Positions 47,001-62,000 of a DNA stretch of 64,000 nucleotides are shown piece after piece. The notes below the pieces were generated by a model. The model worked only from the letters and a program-made list of their open reading frames with translations, had not been told where the DNA came from and ran no database searches. Source of the DNA: Bdellovibrionales bacterium. Its GTDB lineage: Bacteria; Bdellovibrionota; Bdellovibrionia; Bdellovibrionales; JAGQZY01. The stretch is from assembly GCA_964230645.1 (NCBI GenBank), contig CAXRHT010000002.1, forward strand, positions 576,001 to 640,000, in the 5' to 3' direction. Positions within the stretch are counted from its first letter, which is position 1. Every line of letters starts with the position of its first letter. The translations under genes were made by a program, and so were the position numbers.

Positions 47001-50000
47001 GCCTGAGGTCCTGCAATCGCTGGTTCAAAACTGACAACAATCGTACAGTTACCTCCTGAAGCCAATGTGGCTCCACAAGTTCCACCCGTTCCAGGATAAG
47101 CACTTCCTTTAAAGACGAATGGAGCGGACATGCTTCCTGCATCCACCATTCCTGTGGCTTGCACGGCTCCACCATTTGAAATGATAAAGGTGTGATCCGT
47201 CGATGAACCTTGAGCTAGAGTTCCATAATTATAAGGATCGGACTCAGTGATTGTCAGAGTGGCTGGAGCCCCACCTGTTCCTTGTAGATCGCGTGTTGCT
47301 GTTTGAGTTGTTACTCCGTCATTGTATCCAAACTCGATCGTATCGAGTTTCGCTCCACTGGTCAGAGGAGCAAATTCAACAACGATGGTACAGTTAGCTC
47401 CAGCACCAAGGGTCACACCACAATCACCACCCGTTCCAGGATAAGGACCACCAAGATAACCATAGGGGGCTCCTAAACCTGTTTCACTCAAACTCGTCGC
47501 AGTGGTCGATCCACTGTTGGTAAGAGTGAAAGCGTAAGATTTTGTTCCTCCGTTTGCAACGAGTCCAAAATCGTAAGGGTTACTTTCAGAGATCGTAATA
47601 TTAGCCGGCGTAATTCCGGTTCCTTGGATACCACGTGAGGAGGTTTGAGCGACGGCTCCATCATTATAGGTAATATCAATTTCATCAAAGAGTGTTCCCA
47701 CCGCGGCTGGTGCGTAGCGAACAATAATCGTACAGCTATCACCATTATTGAGTGTTCCGGTACAAGTTCCACCTGTTCCAGGGAAAGTCCCTCCAAGGAA
47801 GTTAAACGGAGAAACAACGCCGCCTCCGGCAATTCCTGTGGCTGGCACACCACCCGTGTTGGAAAGTGTAAAGGTATGGTTCACGCCCACACCCACTGTC
47901 ACATTTCCATAATCGTAAGGCTCAGTTTCACTGATTGTGATTTGTGCTGGAGATGAACCAATACCCTGCAGGTCCACAGTGGTATTTTGAACTGTGGCGC
48001 CATCATTGTAATCAATCTGCATCGTCGTCGTGGAAAGACCTGTAGCCGACGGACCAAACTCGACGACAAGAGTACAGTTAGAGGCTGGGTTTAAGGTTGT
48101 CGTACAAGTTCCGCCCGTACCAGGGAAAGTTCCTCCCACAAAATCAAAATCTCCACCAAGTCCTGAGATAGAAATACTAGAGGCTTGAAAGTTTCCACCG
48201 TTTGAAACTGTGAACACATTAGGCTCTGAACTACTGGTAGCCACAGTTCCATAGTCATAAGGGTCGGCACCACCGATTGTAAGGCTAGCAGGATTCACCC
48301 CTGTTCCTTGAATCACTCGATCCACAGTCTGTGGATTCACACCATCACTGTAGGCAAAACTAATCGCACCCACTTGCGTTCCTGTTGCTGAAGGTGCGTA
48401 CTGCACCTCCACCGTACATGAATCTCCGGCATTCAGAGTGGTCGAACAGTTTCCTCCTGTACCAGGGAAAGCTCCACCGGCATAAATAAAGGGTGCACCC
48501 ACTCCGGACTCAATCATGGCCGAGGCTTGGAAATCACCGGTATTTGAGATTGTAAATATATGTGTGCTACTTGATCCTGTCGCAAGGGTCCCGTAATTGT
48601 AAGGATCACTCTCTGAAATCTCAAGGAGTGCTGGAAGAACCGCAGTACCAATCACATCTCTTGTCACATTGGCTGCCGTAACCCCATTATTGTAATCGAT
48701 TTGTATAGTATCATCATGAGTGGGTGTACTCGGTGCTACAGGAGCGTATTCCACCACGATATCACAGTTCGCCCCCACACCAAGAGTGACACCACAGTCT
48801 CCACCAGCCCCTGGATAAGTTCCGCCTGCAAAACTGTAAGGTGCGGCTAGGCCACTTCCACCCATAGCTGTGGCGACGATTCCACCCGTATTAGTGATCG
48901 TGAAAGTATGAAGATTAGAGCTTCCTGTTGGAACCGTTGTGTAATTATAAGGATCACTTTCTGTGATGGTAAGGTTTGCTGGAGCCACACCACGGCCTTG
49001 AATTTGTCTTAGAGCCGTTTGCGCGATCGCACCATTGTAGTAATCAAGTTCGATCACATCGGGTTGTACACCGGTTGCGGTCGGAGTGAAGCTGATATCA
49101 AGAGTACAGGTTCCACCACTACTTAAAGTCGTACCACAAGTTCCAGAGTCACCAGGATAAGTTCCACCAGTAAAGGCATAAGGAGCACCAATTCCAGTTT
49201 CAGCCATCGTTGTCGCGGCCACCCCTCCACCGTTTGTCACAGTGAAGATGTGATTAAGAGAAGCGGTGATCGCCACATCCCCATAGTCGTAGGGATTTGT
49301 TTCTGAAATAGTTAGGCTAGCAGGACTCGCCCCTTCACCGGTAAGATCCTGTCCTGAACTTTGAGCCGTGGCTCCACTATTAAAAGAAACAAGAGCTGTG
49401 TCAGTGAATGTTCCCGTTGCAGCGGGCTCAAAACTAACGTCCACTAAACAAGTGGCTCCTGCGGCCAAAGTGGCTCCACAATCCCCGCCTGTTCCAGGAT
49501 AAGCTCCACCCGTAAAAGTATAGGGAGAACTTAAACCACCGCCATCGGCCATGGAAGTCGCCGTCACCGCTCCTGTGTTTGTAATTGTAAAAACATGAGG
49601 AGTGGATGAACCAACGGCTTTAATTAAATAGTCATAGGTGGCACCACCATCCCAGGCCAGAACGGCCGGAGCTCCACCACTTCCTTGAATATCTCTAAGA
49701 GCGGTCGCTGGTACAGCACCATTGTTGTAATCAATTTCAATCGTGTCAGAGAAAGGATTGATACTGCCTGGGGCAAACTCCACTACAATGTCACAGCTGG
49801 CCCCTGCTCCGAGAGTTCCTAAACAGTCTCCACCCGTTCCAGGAAAACCACCTCCCAGGAAATCAAAAGGAGCGGCAAGCCCTGACTCAACAATTCCCGT
49901 GGCACTACTCGCTCCAGAATTGGTCAGAGTGAAGGTTTGTGTGGCCGTTCCGCCGTTGGCGATGAGCCCGTAGTCGTAAGGATCTGTTCCACTGATGGTG

Positions 50001-53000
50001 ATCATAGCCGGAGCGATACCGGTACCAGAAATCAAACGACTGGAAGTCTGAGGAACCGCTCCATCATTAAAGTTAATATCAATACTACTGTTACTAGCAG
50101 CAGCCGAAACTGGTGCGAATGTCACCTCAATGTCACAAGAGCCGCCCGCAGGAATTGTCGCTGTACAATCTCCCCCAGCGCCAGGGAAAGATCCACCAGT
50201 AAAACTAAAGGGAGAGACCAAACCACTTCCGCCAACAGCCGTCGCTGCGACCGCGCCTGTGTTATTTAAAGTAAAGATGTGAGAAAGGTTCGCTCCCACT
50301 GTTACAGATCCAAAATCATAGGTGTCTGTTTCTGTTATTGTAATGGTCGCTGGAGCCGCTCCCGTCCCCTGTAGTGGACGAGCGGTGTTCACAGTGTTCG
50401 CTCCATTGGCATACTGAATCGTTAAACTGCTTGAAGCTAAACCTGTGGACGTTGGAGCAAAAATAATTTCCACATCACATGAGGCCGATGGAGCCAGTGT
50501 CACTGCACAAGTTCCGCTGTCTCCTGGATAAGCCCCGCCAGTAAAATCAAAATCCCCTGAGAGTGCAATTTCAGTCAGTGCAGAGGCTGTAAATCCGCCC
50601 CCATTTGTTAATGTGAAGATGTGGGTTGTGTTTCCACCCACGGCCACAGTTCCCATATCATAGGTCCCTGTTTCACTAATTGTAATTGAAGCTGGTGACA
50701 CGGCCACACCCGTTACATCGCGAGTGGCTGTTTGTGGATTCACTCCATCGTTGTAAGCAAAGCTAATAGTGTCATCATGAGCTGGACTAACAACACCTGG
50801 TGCGTATTCCACCTCGATGTCACAACTACTACCGGCCGCCAAGGTCGCGGCACAGTCTCCGCCTGTTCCAGGATAAGATCCACCGGCGTATCCGTAAGGA
50901 GCGCCAAGGCCTGATTCCACCATTGCCGAAGCTTGAAAACCACCACCATTACTGACTGTAAAAATATGAGTGCGTGAAGCTCCGGTCGCTAGTGTACCGA
51001 AGTTATAAGGATCTGTTTCTGTAATAGTTAAACTGGCTGGTGCCACAGCAACGGCTGTTAAATCTCTCGTAGAAGTCTGCGGCGAAGCCCCGTCGTTGTA
51101 ATCAATGAGAATTGTGTCTGTGTCTGCAGCACTCACTGAGACAGGATTGTACTCAACCACTATATTACAAGAACTACTCGCCGCTAGTGTCGCTCCACAG
51201 TTTCCACCCACTCCAGGATAAGATCCTCCTTGGAAAGAATAAGGGGCCGCAAGACCACTACCCGCTATTCCAGTCGCAGTGGAACCACCACCATTTGAGA
51301 CCACAAAAGTTTGGGGATTCACACTTCCAGTGGGACGAGTTCCGTAATCAAAAGTTCCTGGTCCGCCAGAAATGGTTAGACTGGCAGGCGCAAGCCCTGT
51401 TCCTTGTAAATCGCGAGCACTTGTCACAACAGTCGCGCCGTTATTGTATTGAATTTCAAGTGTGCCTGTTAAGAGACCGGTTCCAAGAGGAGCAAACTCA
51501 ACATCTAAGTCACAGGTTCCGCTCACCGCTAGGGTCGTGGTACAAGTTCCCGCCGTTCCAGGGAAACTTCCACCGGTAAATGTAAAAGGAGCTCCCAAAC
51601 TAATTTCTGAAATTGCTGTTGCAGGAACATTTCCATTGTTAGTTAATGTGAAAATATGATTGCTGCTCGCACCTTGAGTGATATTACCATAATCGTGTGG
51701 ATCACTTTCAGAAATTGCAATAACAGCTGGAGTAGCACCCGTTCCTTGCACATCATGATTAAGAGTTTGAGCCGCCGCACCATCATCGTAATCAATGGCT
51801 AAAATATCTGTGGCGAGCCCTGCGCCCGTAGGGGTGAACTGAATTTGCACGGTACAATTACTTCCAGCCGCTAAGGTGGCCGCACAAGTTCCGGTGATTC
51901 CAGGATAAGCAGCACCTGTGTAATCAAAAGGAGAGGCTAGACCTGCGGCATCGCTAAGACCTGTTGCAGGAAGAGAGCCTGAGTTTGTAATTGTAAGGGT
52001 GGCCACAGTGGTCGAACCATTGGCCTTTGTTCCAAAGTCATAAGGATCGGCTCCGCCGACAACAAGGTTCGCTGGAGTTCCACCTGTTCCTTGCACTTGT
52101 CTAAGAACGGATTGAGGAGCCGCTCCATCATTGTAGTCAATTTGAATACTATCGGGAAAAGGACCTGTCGCTACAGGTGAAAAAGCCACCACGATACTAC
52201 AACTCACGCCTGCACCAAGAGAAGAACCACAGTTTCCTCCGGTTCCAGGAAAAGAACCACCTAGGAAATTAAAAGGAGCGTTTAATCCCACTTCACTTAT
52301 AGCGGTTGCAGGAGAGTCACCGATGTTATCGATCGTAAAGGCGTGAGTGTTAACTCCACCTGTTGCAACCAAACCAAAATCAAAAGGATTGGTTTCACTA
52401 ATTGTGAGTTGTGCTGGAGTGATTCCTGTTCCTACCACATCGCGAGAAACAGTGGTGAGGCTGGCCCCGTTATTATAGTTAATATCAATTTGTGAGGAAC
52501 TCGCTACGGGTGCCGTCGGCGCAAAAGTCACGGCGATATCACAACTTCCACCGGAAGCAAGAGTCGCCGTACAATCCCCACCCGTTCCAGGGAAAGATCC
52601 GCCTGTAAAACTAAAGGGAGCTGTCAATCCACTGCCACCAATTGTGGTTGCGGCCACAGCACCTGTATTATTTAATGTAAATATGTGAGTGAGAGTGGCC
52701 CCTTGAGTCACACTGCCAAAATCGTAAGGGTCACTTTCAGTGATCGTAATCGTCGCAGGAGCCGCACCTGTTCCCTGAATATCTCTTGAAGATGTCACCG
52801 TACTGGCACCATTAAAATACTGAATGTCGATTGTGGCCGACTGCGCACCAGTCACTGTCGGAGAGAAAGCCACTTCAATATCACAAGAGGCCGCAGGTGC
52901 TAGTGTCGCGGTACAATTTCCGTTAGAGCCAGGGAAACCCGCTCCTGTAAAATCAAATGGGGCCGAAAGAGTCACTTCGCTAATGGCTGAAGCCGTAAAA

Positions 53001-56000
53001 CTTCCTGCATTGCTAATGGTGAAAACGTGAGGACGGCTGGCGCCTGTTGCTAGAGTTCCGTAATCGTAAGGATCGGTTTCTGTAATTTCTAAATCAGCGG
53101 GAGCTACGGCCACACCGGTTATATCACGAAGGGTGTTTTGGACCACAACACCGTTATTGTAGGATATATTAATCGTGTCATCGTCAGCCGCACTAACAGA
53201 ACCTGGAGCATATTGAATTTCAATATCACAACTGCTTCCGGCAGCCAGAGTTCCACTACAGTCTCCTGCAGTACCTGGGAAAGCTCCACCTGTAAATGTG
53301 TAAGGAGCATTGAGACCCACTTCACTAATGGCAGAAGCTTGAAAACCTCCTCCATTGCTAATAGTGAAAACATGAGCGTTACTTGCGCCTGTTGCTAGAG
53401 TTCCGAAATTATAAGGATCGGTCTCTGTGATACTTAAATTGGCCGGAGTCACCGAGGTTCCCTCAATATCACGGGTGCTTTGTTGGCTACTGGCTCCATC
53501 GTTGTAATCAATAAGAACGGTATCTGTATCTAAACCATTGGCCGCCACCGGAGCGTACTCAACTACAATATTACAACTGTCACCTGAGGGAAGAGTTCCC
53601 GCACAGTCACCCGATGTTCCTGGATAGCTGCTTCCTTCAAATCGGAAAGGTGCCGCAAGTCCACTTCCGGCAAGACCGGTGGCAGGCGCTCCCCCTGTGT
53701 TTGAAACCACAAATATTTTTTGAATCACACGCCCTGTTGGGTGCGTGCCAAAGTTGTAAGGATCAAGTTCTGAAATAGAGATCACGGCTGGGCTTAGACC
53801 CGTTCCCTGTAGATTGCGGGTCGTGTTTACAACACTGACTCCGTTATTATAGGCCAAGTCAATTGTATCAGTCAGAACCCCTGTTCCACTCGGAGCGAAT
53901 TCGATCACTAGATCGCAAGAGCCACCATTAGTAATGGCAACACCACAAGTTCCACCGGTTCCAGGATAAGTTCCACCAACATACTGAAAGTTTCCAGAGA
54001 TTCCGATCTCACTAAGACCTGTGGCCGGAACGCCTCCCGTGTTGGAAACGGTGAAGGTATGAGTGGTTGACGAGCCCACTGCAACATTGCCGTAATCGTA
54101 AGGATTGCCTTCACTAATGCCAAGAAGGGCTGGCGCCGCTGCGGTTCCTTGAATATCATGACTTAAAGTTTGAGCCGAAGCACCGTCATTATAAGTAACA
54201 GTTACAGTGTCGGTCGTGGCACCAACTCCAGAAGGATTGTACTGCACTTCCACATCACAACTACTACCGGCTGCAAGTGTCGCGGTACAGGTTCCGTTGG
54301 TTCCAGGGTAACCCGCTCCTGTGAAAGCATAAGGAGCGCCCAGTCCAAGACCGTCGGCCATACTTGTCGCTGCCACAGCACCAGAGTTGGTAATATTTAA
54401 AATAACAAAAGATGTACTACCATTGGCTTTTGTTCCAAAATCATAAGGATCCGGCCCCCCAACAGCCAACGTGGCAGGTGTGCCCGCTGTTCCCTGTAGA
54501 GGTCTTGCCACAGACTGTGGTGCGGCCCCATCATTGTAATCAAAACTCATTGTGCTCGAGTAAACTCCGTTAGAGCCTGGAGCAAACTCAACCACTACAT
54601 TACAAGAAGCCGCTGCAGCAAGAGTGCCTCCACAACTTCCTCCAGTTCCCGGAAAACCTCCACCAAGAAAATCAAAAGGAGACGATAGAAGAGTTTCTGT
54701 AATACCCGTGGCTGTACTGCCACCATTATTGGTTAGAGTGAATGTATGCGTGATGGTTCCACCACTAGCGATCAATCCGTAATCATAAGTACCCGATTCA
54801 CTAATGGAAATTAGGGCCGGAGTGATTCCTGTTCCCATAACGTCTCGGCTTGAAGTTTGACTTGTAACACCATCGTTAAAATTAATATCAATGGTGTCGT
54901 TGCTGGTTACAGCTGTGGTGGGCGCAAAAGTCACTTGAATGAGACAGCTGTCACCATTGTTAATTGTCGTTCCACAGTCCCCGCCTGTTCCAGGAAAAGA
55001 ACCACCGGTGAAACTAAAAGGGGCCACCAAGCCGCTTCCGCCAACTGTTGTCGCTGGAACCGCACCTGTGTTTGTTAATGTAAAGACCTTGCTCGCTGTG
55101 GCTCCTTGAGTGACGTTACCAAAATCATAGGTAGGACCATCCGTAATTGTTAGAGTCGCAGGAGCCGCTCCTGTTCCTTGCAAGGTTCTTGCCTCAGAAA
55201 CAGTGGTTGTTCCATTATTATATTGAATAGTGATTGTTCCAGAGGCTACACCCGTAGACACAGGAGAGTAAGCCACCTCAATATCACACGAAGCCGCAGG
55301 CGCTAGAGTGGTCGTACAGGTTCCGCTGGTTCCTGGAAAACCCGCTCCGGTAAAATCAAAAGGAGCACTTAAGCTTATTTCTGAAATGGCGGAAGCTTGA
55401 AATCCTCCACCATTTGTCAGGGTGAAGACATGAGACCTTGAGGCGCCGGTCGCAAGAGTTCCGTAATCATAAGGATCGGATTCTGTAATAGAAATGGATG
55501 CCGGAGTGACCGCTACACCCGCCACATCTCTTAGTGTGTTTTGAGGATTCACACCGTCATTGTAGGAAATGTTAATAGAGTCCGTGTCCGATGCACTCAC
55601 GACACTGGGTGAGTACTGGATTTCAATATCACAACTACTTCCTGCAGCCAATGTGGCCGAACAATCGCCCCCGGCTCCAGGAAAAGAACCACTCGTGAAA
55701 GTAAAAGGAGCGCTTAGGCCTACTTCGCTGATGGCTGAGGCTTGAAAACCACCACCATTGGTGATGGTGAAAATATGAGTGCCTGTGCTTCCTGTGGAAA
55801 GAGTTCCAAAATTATAGGGATCAGTTTCAGTGATAGTAAGATTTGCTGGACTGACAGCTATACCACTTAAATCTCTTGTGGCAGTTTGAGCCGCGGACCC
55901 GTCGTTATAATCAATTAAAATTGTATCGGTGTCCGAAGCACTCACGGAAATGGGGTTATACTGAACAACGATCAGACAACTAGAACCAGAAGCTAGAGTT

Positions 56001-59000
56001 CCTGCACAGTCTCCACCCGCTCCAGGATAAGCGCCACCAGCGAAGGTAAAAGGCGCTGCCAGACCACTTCCAGCCATTCCAAGCGCTGTGGAACCACCGG
56101 TGTTACTCACTGTGAAAGTTTTAGAATTAACGCTACCAGTGGGTCTTGTTCCATAATCATAAGTCCCTGGACCATCACTGAGAGCTAAAATTGCGGGAGC
56201 AATTCCTGTCCCCTGCACGTCTCTGTCACTAGTGACTGTTCCAGCTCCATTATTATATTGAATGCTAATTGTATCTGTTAAAAGACCGGTCGAAGTGGGC
56301 GCAAATTCCACATCGATATCACAGGTGGCTCCGGCTCCAAGAGTTGTCACACAGGTTCCCGCTGTTCCAGGAAAACTTCCACCGGTAAAGGCGTAAGGAG
56401 CGGCTAGACCAATCTCGGTAATGGCTGTAGCGGCGACACCACCACTATTTGTTAGTGTAAAGACGTGATTACTGCTCGCATTTTGAGTCACAGAACCATA
56501 ATCATGGGGATCACTTTCAGAAATGCCAATTAAGGCAGGATTCGCCCCAGTTCCTGTTAAATCATGATTTAAAGTTTGGGCTGTCGCTCCATTGTCATAA
56601 ACAATTTCAATGGTATCGGTAAGTGTTCCTACCGCAGTTGGATTGTAAGAGACTTCGATATCACAACTACTTCCAGCTGCGAGTGTGGCCGTACAAGTTC
56701 CATTGGTACCAGGAAAACTTGCCGCTGTGTAATCAAAAGGAAGAGCAAGCCCCGCGCCATCGGCAATCGAAATAGCAGGCACAGCCCCTGTGTTTGTTAT
56801 TGTTAATACTCTTACCGAAGTACTACCAAGAGCTTTCGTTCCAAAGTCATAAGGATCGGCCCCACCGACAACTAACGTAGCCGGAGTACCTGCTGTTCCT
56901 TGTAAGGCTCTTGTGGCTGCCTGTAATGCAGCACCATCACTATAATCAAAAGTCAGAGTGCTCGAATAAACTCCGTTAGAACCAGGAGTAAATTCTACGA
57001 CGACATTACAACTGCTACCTGCGGCAAGTGTGCCTCCACAGTTTCCTCCGGTTCCTGGATAACCACCACCGAGAAAATCAAAAGGAGCAGTAAGTGTAGA
57101 TTCTGTAATTCCAGTGGCAGTACTTCCTCCACCGTTTGTCAGCGTAAAAGTGTGGGTGCTAGTTCCACCACTAGCAATGAGTCCATAGTTATAAGTACCT
57201 GTCTCACTCACTGTGATCATAGCTGGAGTGATTCCTGTCCCAAGGATATCTCTTGTAGCCGTTTGACCTGTGACTCCATCATTAAAATTAATTTCAACGC
57301 TATCGTTACTGGCAACCGCCGATGTTGGTGCAAAGGTCACTTGAATCAAACAGCTATCACCGTTATTGATTGTGGCTCCACAATCACCACCCGTGCCAGG
57401 AAAAGATCCTCCAGTGAAACTAAAAGGAGCCACAAGTCCACTGCCCCCCACCGTCGTCGCTGGAACAGCACCTGTGTTGGTCACTGTAAAAATCTTTGCA
57501 GCTGTCGCTCCTTGAGTGACATTGCCAAAATCATAAGTGGGTCCATCAGTGATGGTTAGTGTCGCTGGCGAAGCTCCAGTCCCTTGTAGAGTTCTTGCTT
57601 CAGTAACCGTCGTAGCCCCATTAAAATACTCAATGGTGATGGTGCCATTAGCAAGACCAGTCGCTACAGGCGAATAGGCCACCTCGATATTACAAGAGGC
57701 CGAAGGTGCTAAGCTCGCCGTACATGTTCCACTAGCTCCTGGGAATCCGGCTCCAGTAAAATCAAAAGGCGCTGCTAGAGTTAACTCATTGATAGCTGTG
57801 GCTTGAAAGCCTCCGCCATTGGTAATTGTAAAAACATGATTTCTTGTGGCGCCAGTCGCTAGAGTTCCGTAATCGTAAGGACTCATTTCACTGATGGTCA
57901 GAGAAGCGGGAGTGACAGCCACACCAGCAACATCTCTTAGTGTATTCTGAGGATTCACTCCATCGTTATAAGAAATATCAATTGTGTCTGTGTCCGAAAC
58001 ACTAACGACACTAGGAGAGTACTGAATTTCAATATCACAGCTGCTCCCTGCTGCTAAGGTTCCGGAACAATCTCCTGCTGTACCAGGAAAAGCGCCACCA
58101 ACGAAAGTAAAAGGAGCACCAAGTCCCACCTCACTAATAGCTGAGGCCTGAAAACCTCCGCCGTTTGTGATAGTGAAAACATGAGCCCCTGTGCTCCCAG
58201 TGGCTAGTGTTCCAAAGTTATAAGGATCTGTTTCAGTGATACTGAGATTGGCAGGAGTGACTGAGGTTCCTTCTACATTTCTTGTGCTCTGCTGAGCCGC
58301 GGCTCCATCGTTGTAATCTATTAGTACTGTATCTGTGTCTAAACCATTAGCTGCGACCGGAGCATACTCGACAACGATATTACAGTTATCACCTGCAGCC
58401 AGTGTTCCGGTACAGTCTCCCGAAGTTCCAGGATAACTGCTGCCTTCAAAACGAAAAGGGGCGGCTAATCCACTTCCTGCAAGACCAGTGGCCGGAGCGC
58501 CTCCGGTGTTTGAAACGACAAAAGTTTTTTGAATCACGCGACCCGTAGGATGAGTTCCAAAGTTATAAGGGTCTAACTCTGAAATAGAAATCACTGCCGG
58601 GCTCAAACCGGTTCCCTGGATGTTCTGAGTGCTACTCACAACACTGACGCCATTGTTATAAGCTAAATCAATTGTATCTGTGAGAGCTCCAGTGGCCGCT
58701 GGCGCAAACTCGATCACAAGGTCACAGGAACCACCGCTGGTAATTGCCACTCCACAGGTTCCACCCGTTCCTGGATAACTTCCACCCACATAGCGGAAAT
58801 TTCCAGAGACTCCTGTCTCATTAAGTCCTGTGGCTGCCACTCCGCCGGTGTTGGAAACTGTGAAGGTGTTAGCCCTTGTGGCGCCTACAGCGACACTGCC
58901 ATAATCGTAGGGATCTGCCGCTGTAATATCTAATAAAGCCGGTGCGGCCGCTGAACCTTCAATATCATGAGTTAATGTTTGAGCCGTGGCGCCATCATTG

Positions 59001-62000
59001 TATGTGATTTCAAGGGTGTCAGAAGAGGCCCCGATGGAGGAGGGATTAAACTGCACTTCCACGTCACAGCTTGCACTGGCAGAAAGACTCGCTCCACAAG
59101 TCCCACCTGTTCCAGGATAACCCGCTCCAGTAAAAGCGTAAGGAGCCGCCAGTCCTAACCCATCAGCAAGGCTTGTGGCAGAAACAGCCCCTGTGTTGGT
59201 AATACTTAAAGTAACAACCGAAGTGCTACCATTGGCTTTTGTTCCAAAATTGTAAGGATCAGGGCCAGCGACAGTTAAAAGTGCCGGAGCTCCTGCGGTT
59301 CCCTGCACATCGCGAACAGAGCTTTGAACTGCAGCTCCATCGTTATAACTCAGCTCAATCGAGTCCGAATAAACACCCGTTCCCACAGGAGAGAAAGCCA
59401 CCACGATATCACAAGAAGCTCCTGCAGCGAGGCTCGCTCCACAGTCCCCACCTGTACCCGGAAAACCACCGCCGGCAAAAGCAAATGGAGGATTCAGACC
59501 CACTTCACTTAAGACCGTGGCCGAACTTCCACCGGCATTGTTTAAGGTAAATGTATGATTAAGAGTTCCACCATCAGCAATAAGACCATAATCATAAGGA
59601 TCGGTCTCACTGATCATAATAGTTGCCGGTGTGATACCCGTTCCGATCACATCACGAGTCACGGTCTGTCCACTGACACCATCGTTAAAGTTGATTTCAA
59701 TACTATCGTTACTAGCAATCGGTGAGGTTGGTGCAAAGCTTACTTGAATCAGGCAACTGGCTCCATTGGCAATGCTTGTTGTACAGTCCCCACCGGTTCC
59801 AGGAAAAGAGCCACCGGTAAAACTAAACGGAGCCACGAGTCCACTACCACCAACAGTTGTAGCGGGAACAGCCCCAGTGTTGGTCACTGTAAAAATTCTT
59901 GAACGACTGGCACCTTGGGTCACGTTTCCAAAATCATAGGTGGGTCCATCAGTGATGGTCAGTGTGGCCGGAGAGGCTCCTGTTCCTTGTAAGGTACGCG
60001 CTTCTGTCACAGTGGCTGCACCATTATTGTAAGCTATGGTAATGGTTCCAGTTGCAAGGCCCGTTGATACGGGAGAATAGGCCACTTCAATATCACAAGA
60101 AGCGGCTGGAGCCAGTGTCGCCGTACAAGTTCCACTCGCACCGGGAAAACCCGCTCCGGTAAAATCAAAAGGGGCGGCAAGAGTGGTCTCGTTAATGCTT
60201 GATGCTTGAAAGCCCCCACCATTAGTAATGGTAAAGGTGTGTGTTCTCACGCCACCTGTCGCTAGCGTTCCGTAATCATAGGGATCTGATTCTGTGATTG
60301 AAAGACTGGCTGGAGCCACTGCCACACCGGTCACATTTCTCAATTCATTTTGGGTGTTCACACCGTCAAAATAAGAAATATCTATCGAGTCGTTGTCCGC
60401 AGCACTGACCACACTGGGAGAGTACTGAATTTCGATATCACAACTGCTCCCCGGAGCAAGGTTACCACTACAGTCCCCGCCCACACCCGGGTAAGCCCCA
60501 CCGGTGAAAGAGTAAGGAGCCGCAAGCCCCACTTCGCTAATGGAAGAAGCGACAAAGCCTCCCCCGTTCGTTATTGTAAAAACATGGGTTCTTGCACTAC
60601 CGGTTGCCAGAGTTCCAAAGCTATAAGGATCGGTTTCAGTAATGCTTAAGTTAGCCGGTGTTACTGCCACACCCTGAACATCTCTTGATGAGATTTGAGG
60701 AGCCGCACCATCGTTATAGTTAATTTCAATACTGTCTGTATGAGAAGGATTGGCTGCAATCGGTGCGTATTCGACGACTATATTACAAGATGCACCCACA
60801 GCAAGGGTCGCTCCACAATCCCCAGAGGCCCCTGGATAAGTGCCCCCTTCAAAGCGAAAAGGGGCTGCTAGTCCACCACCAGCAATTCCGGTGGCGAGAG
60901 TTCCTCCACTATTAGTAATTACAAAGGTGTGAGGTTCCACATGGCCTGTTGGTCTTGTTCCAAAATCGTAAGGATCAATCTCTGAAATATCGAGGACCGC
61001 AGGAGTGAGTCCGGTTCCTTGAATGTCTCGGGTTAGACTTTGCGTGTTCACTCCGTCAAAATAATTAAAGTCGATCGTATCTGTAAAAACACCGGACGCC
61101 ACGGGTGCAAATTGAAAAACCACATCACAACTTGATCCGGAGTTAAGGGTAGCAGTACAGGTCCCCCCGGTTCCAGGAAAGCTTCCACCAGCAAAACCAA
61201 AAGGAGCGTTGATTCCCACCTCATTGATCACCGTGGCTGCAACCCCTCCCGTGTTTGCAATCGTAAAAGTATGATTGCGGCTAGCAGTAACAGTCACGGT
61301 TCCAAAATCATAGGGGTCCATCTCTGTAATTGTTAAGTTTGCAGGATTGGAGGCTGTCCCTTCAATATCTCGAAGAGAAGTTTGTGCTCCTGTTCCATCA
61401 TTGTAATCAATCTCAATTGTGTCCGTACTGTTAACAGCTGCTGTTGGCGAGTAAACGATCTCAATACTACAACTCGCTAGAGCGTTGAGACTGGCTCCAC
61501 AGTCCCCACCTGTTCCAGGATAGGTTCCACCGACATAACTAAATGGCGCAGCAAGGCCCGCTCCATCAGCGACCGAAGTTGCAGTTACCCCACCGCTGTT
61601 GGTGATGGTGAAGATATGAGGTGTGTTTGAACCCACGGCTTGGTTTCCGTAATCGTAAGGATCGGTTTCACTGATTTGTAAATTCGCTGGAGTAGTGGCC
61701 GTTCCTTGGATGTCACGGTCGGAAGTTACAACACTGGTTCCATTGTTGTAACTAAAGCTAATTGTGTCAGCATTCACCCCTGTGGCTGTCGGAGCGTATT
61801 CGATAACAATATCACAACTCGCACCCACACCCACAGTGGCTCCACAGTCTCCTCCGGTTCCAGGGTAGGATCCGCCAAGATATCTGAAAGGAGCCGCGAT
61901 TCCTGATTCTACAACCGCTGTGGCAGCGACGCCTCCGGAGTTTGTCACCGTAAAACTATGGGAAACCAAACCACCGTTGGCAATAAGGCCAAAATTATAA

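Noticed and set aside
38277..61906. Numerous 60-155-aa ORFs within or opposite the giant gene
   Set aside because: Shadow ORFs of a Gly/Ala/Thr/Pro-rich repetitive frame; no RBS or protein-like features.
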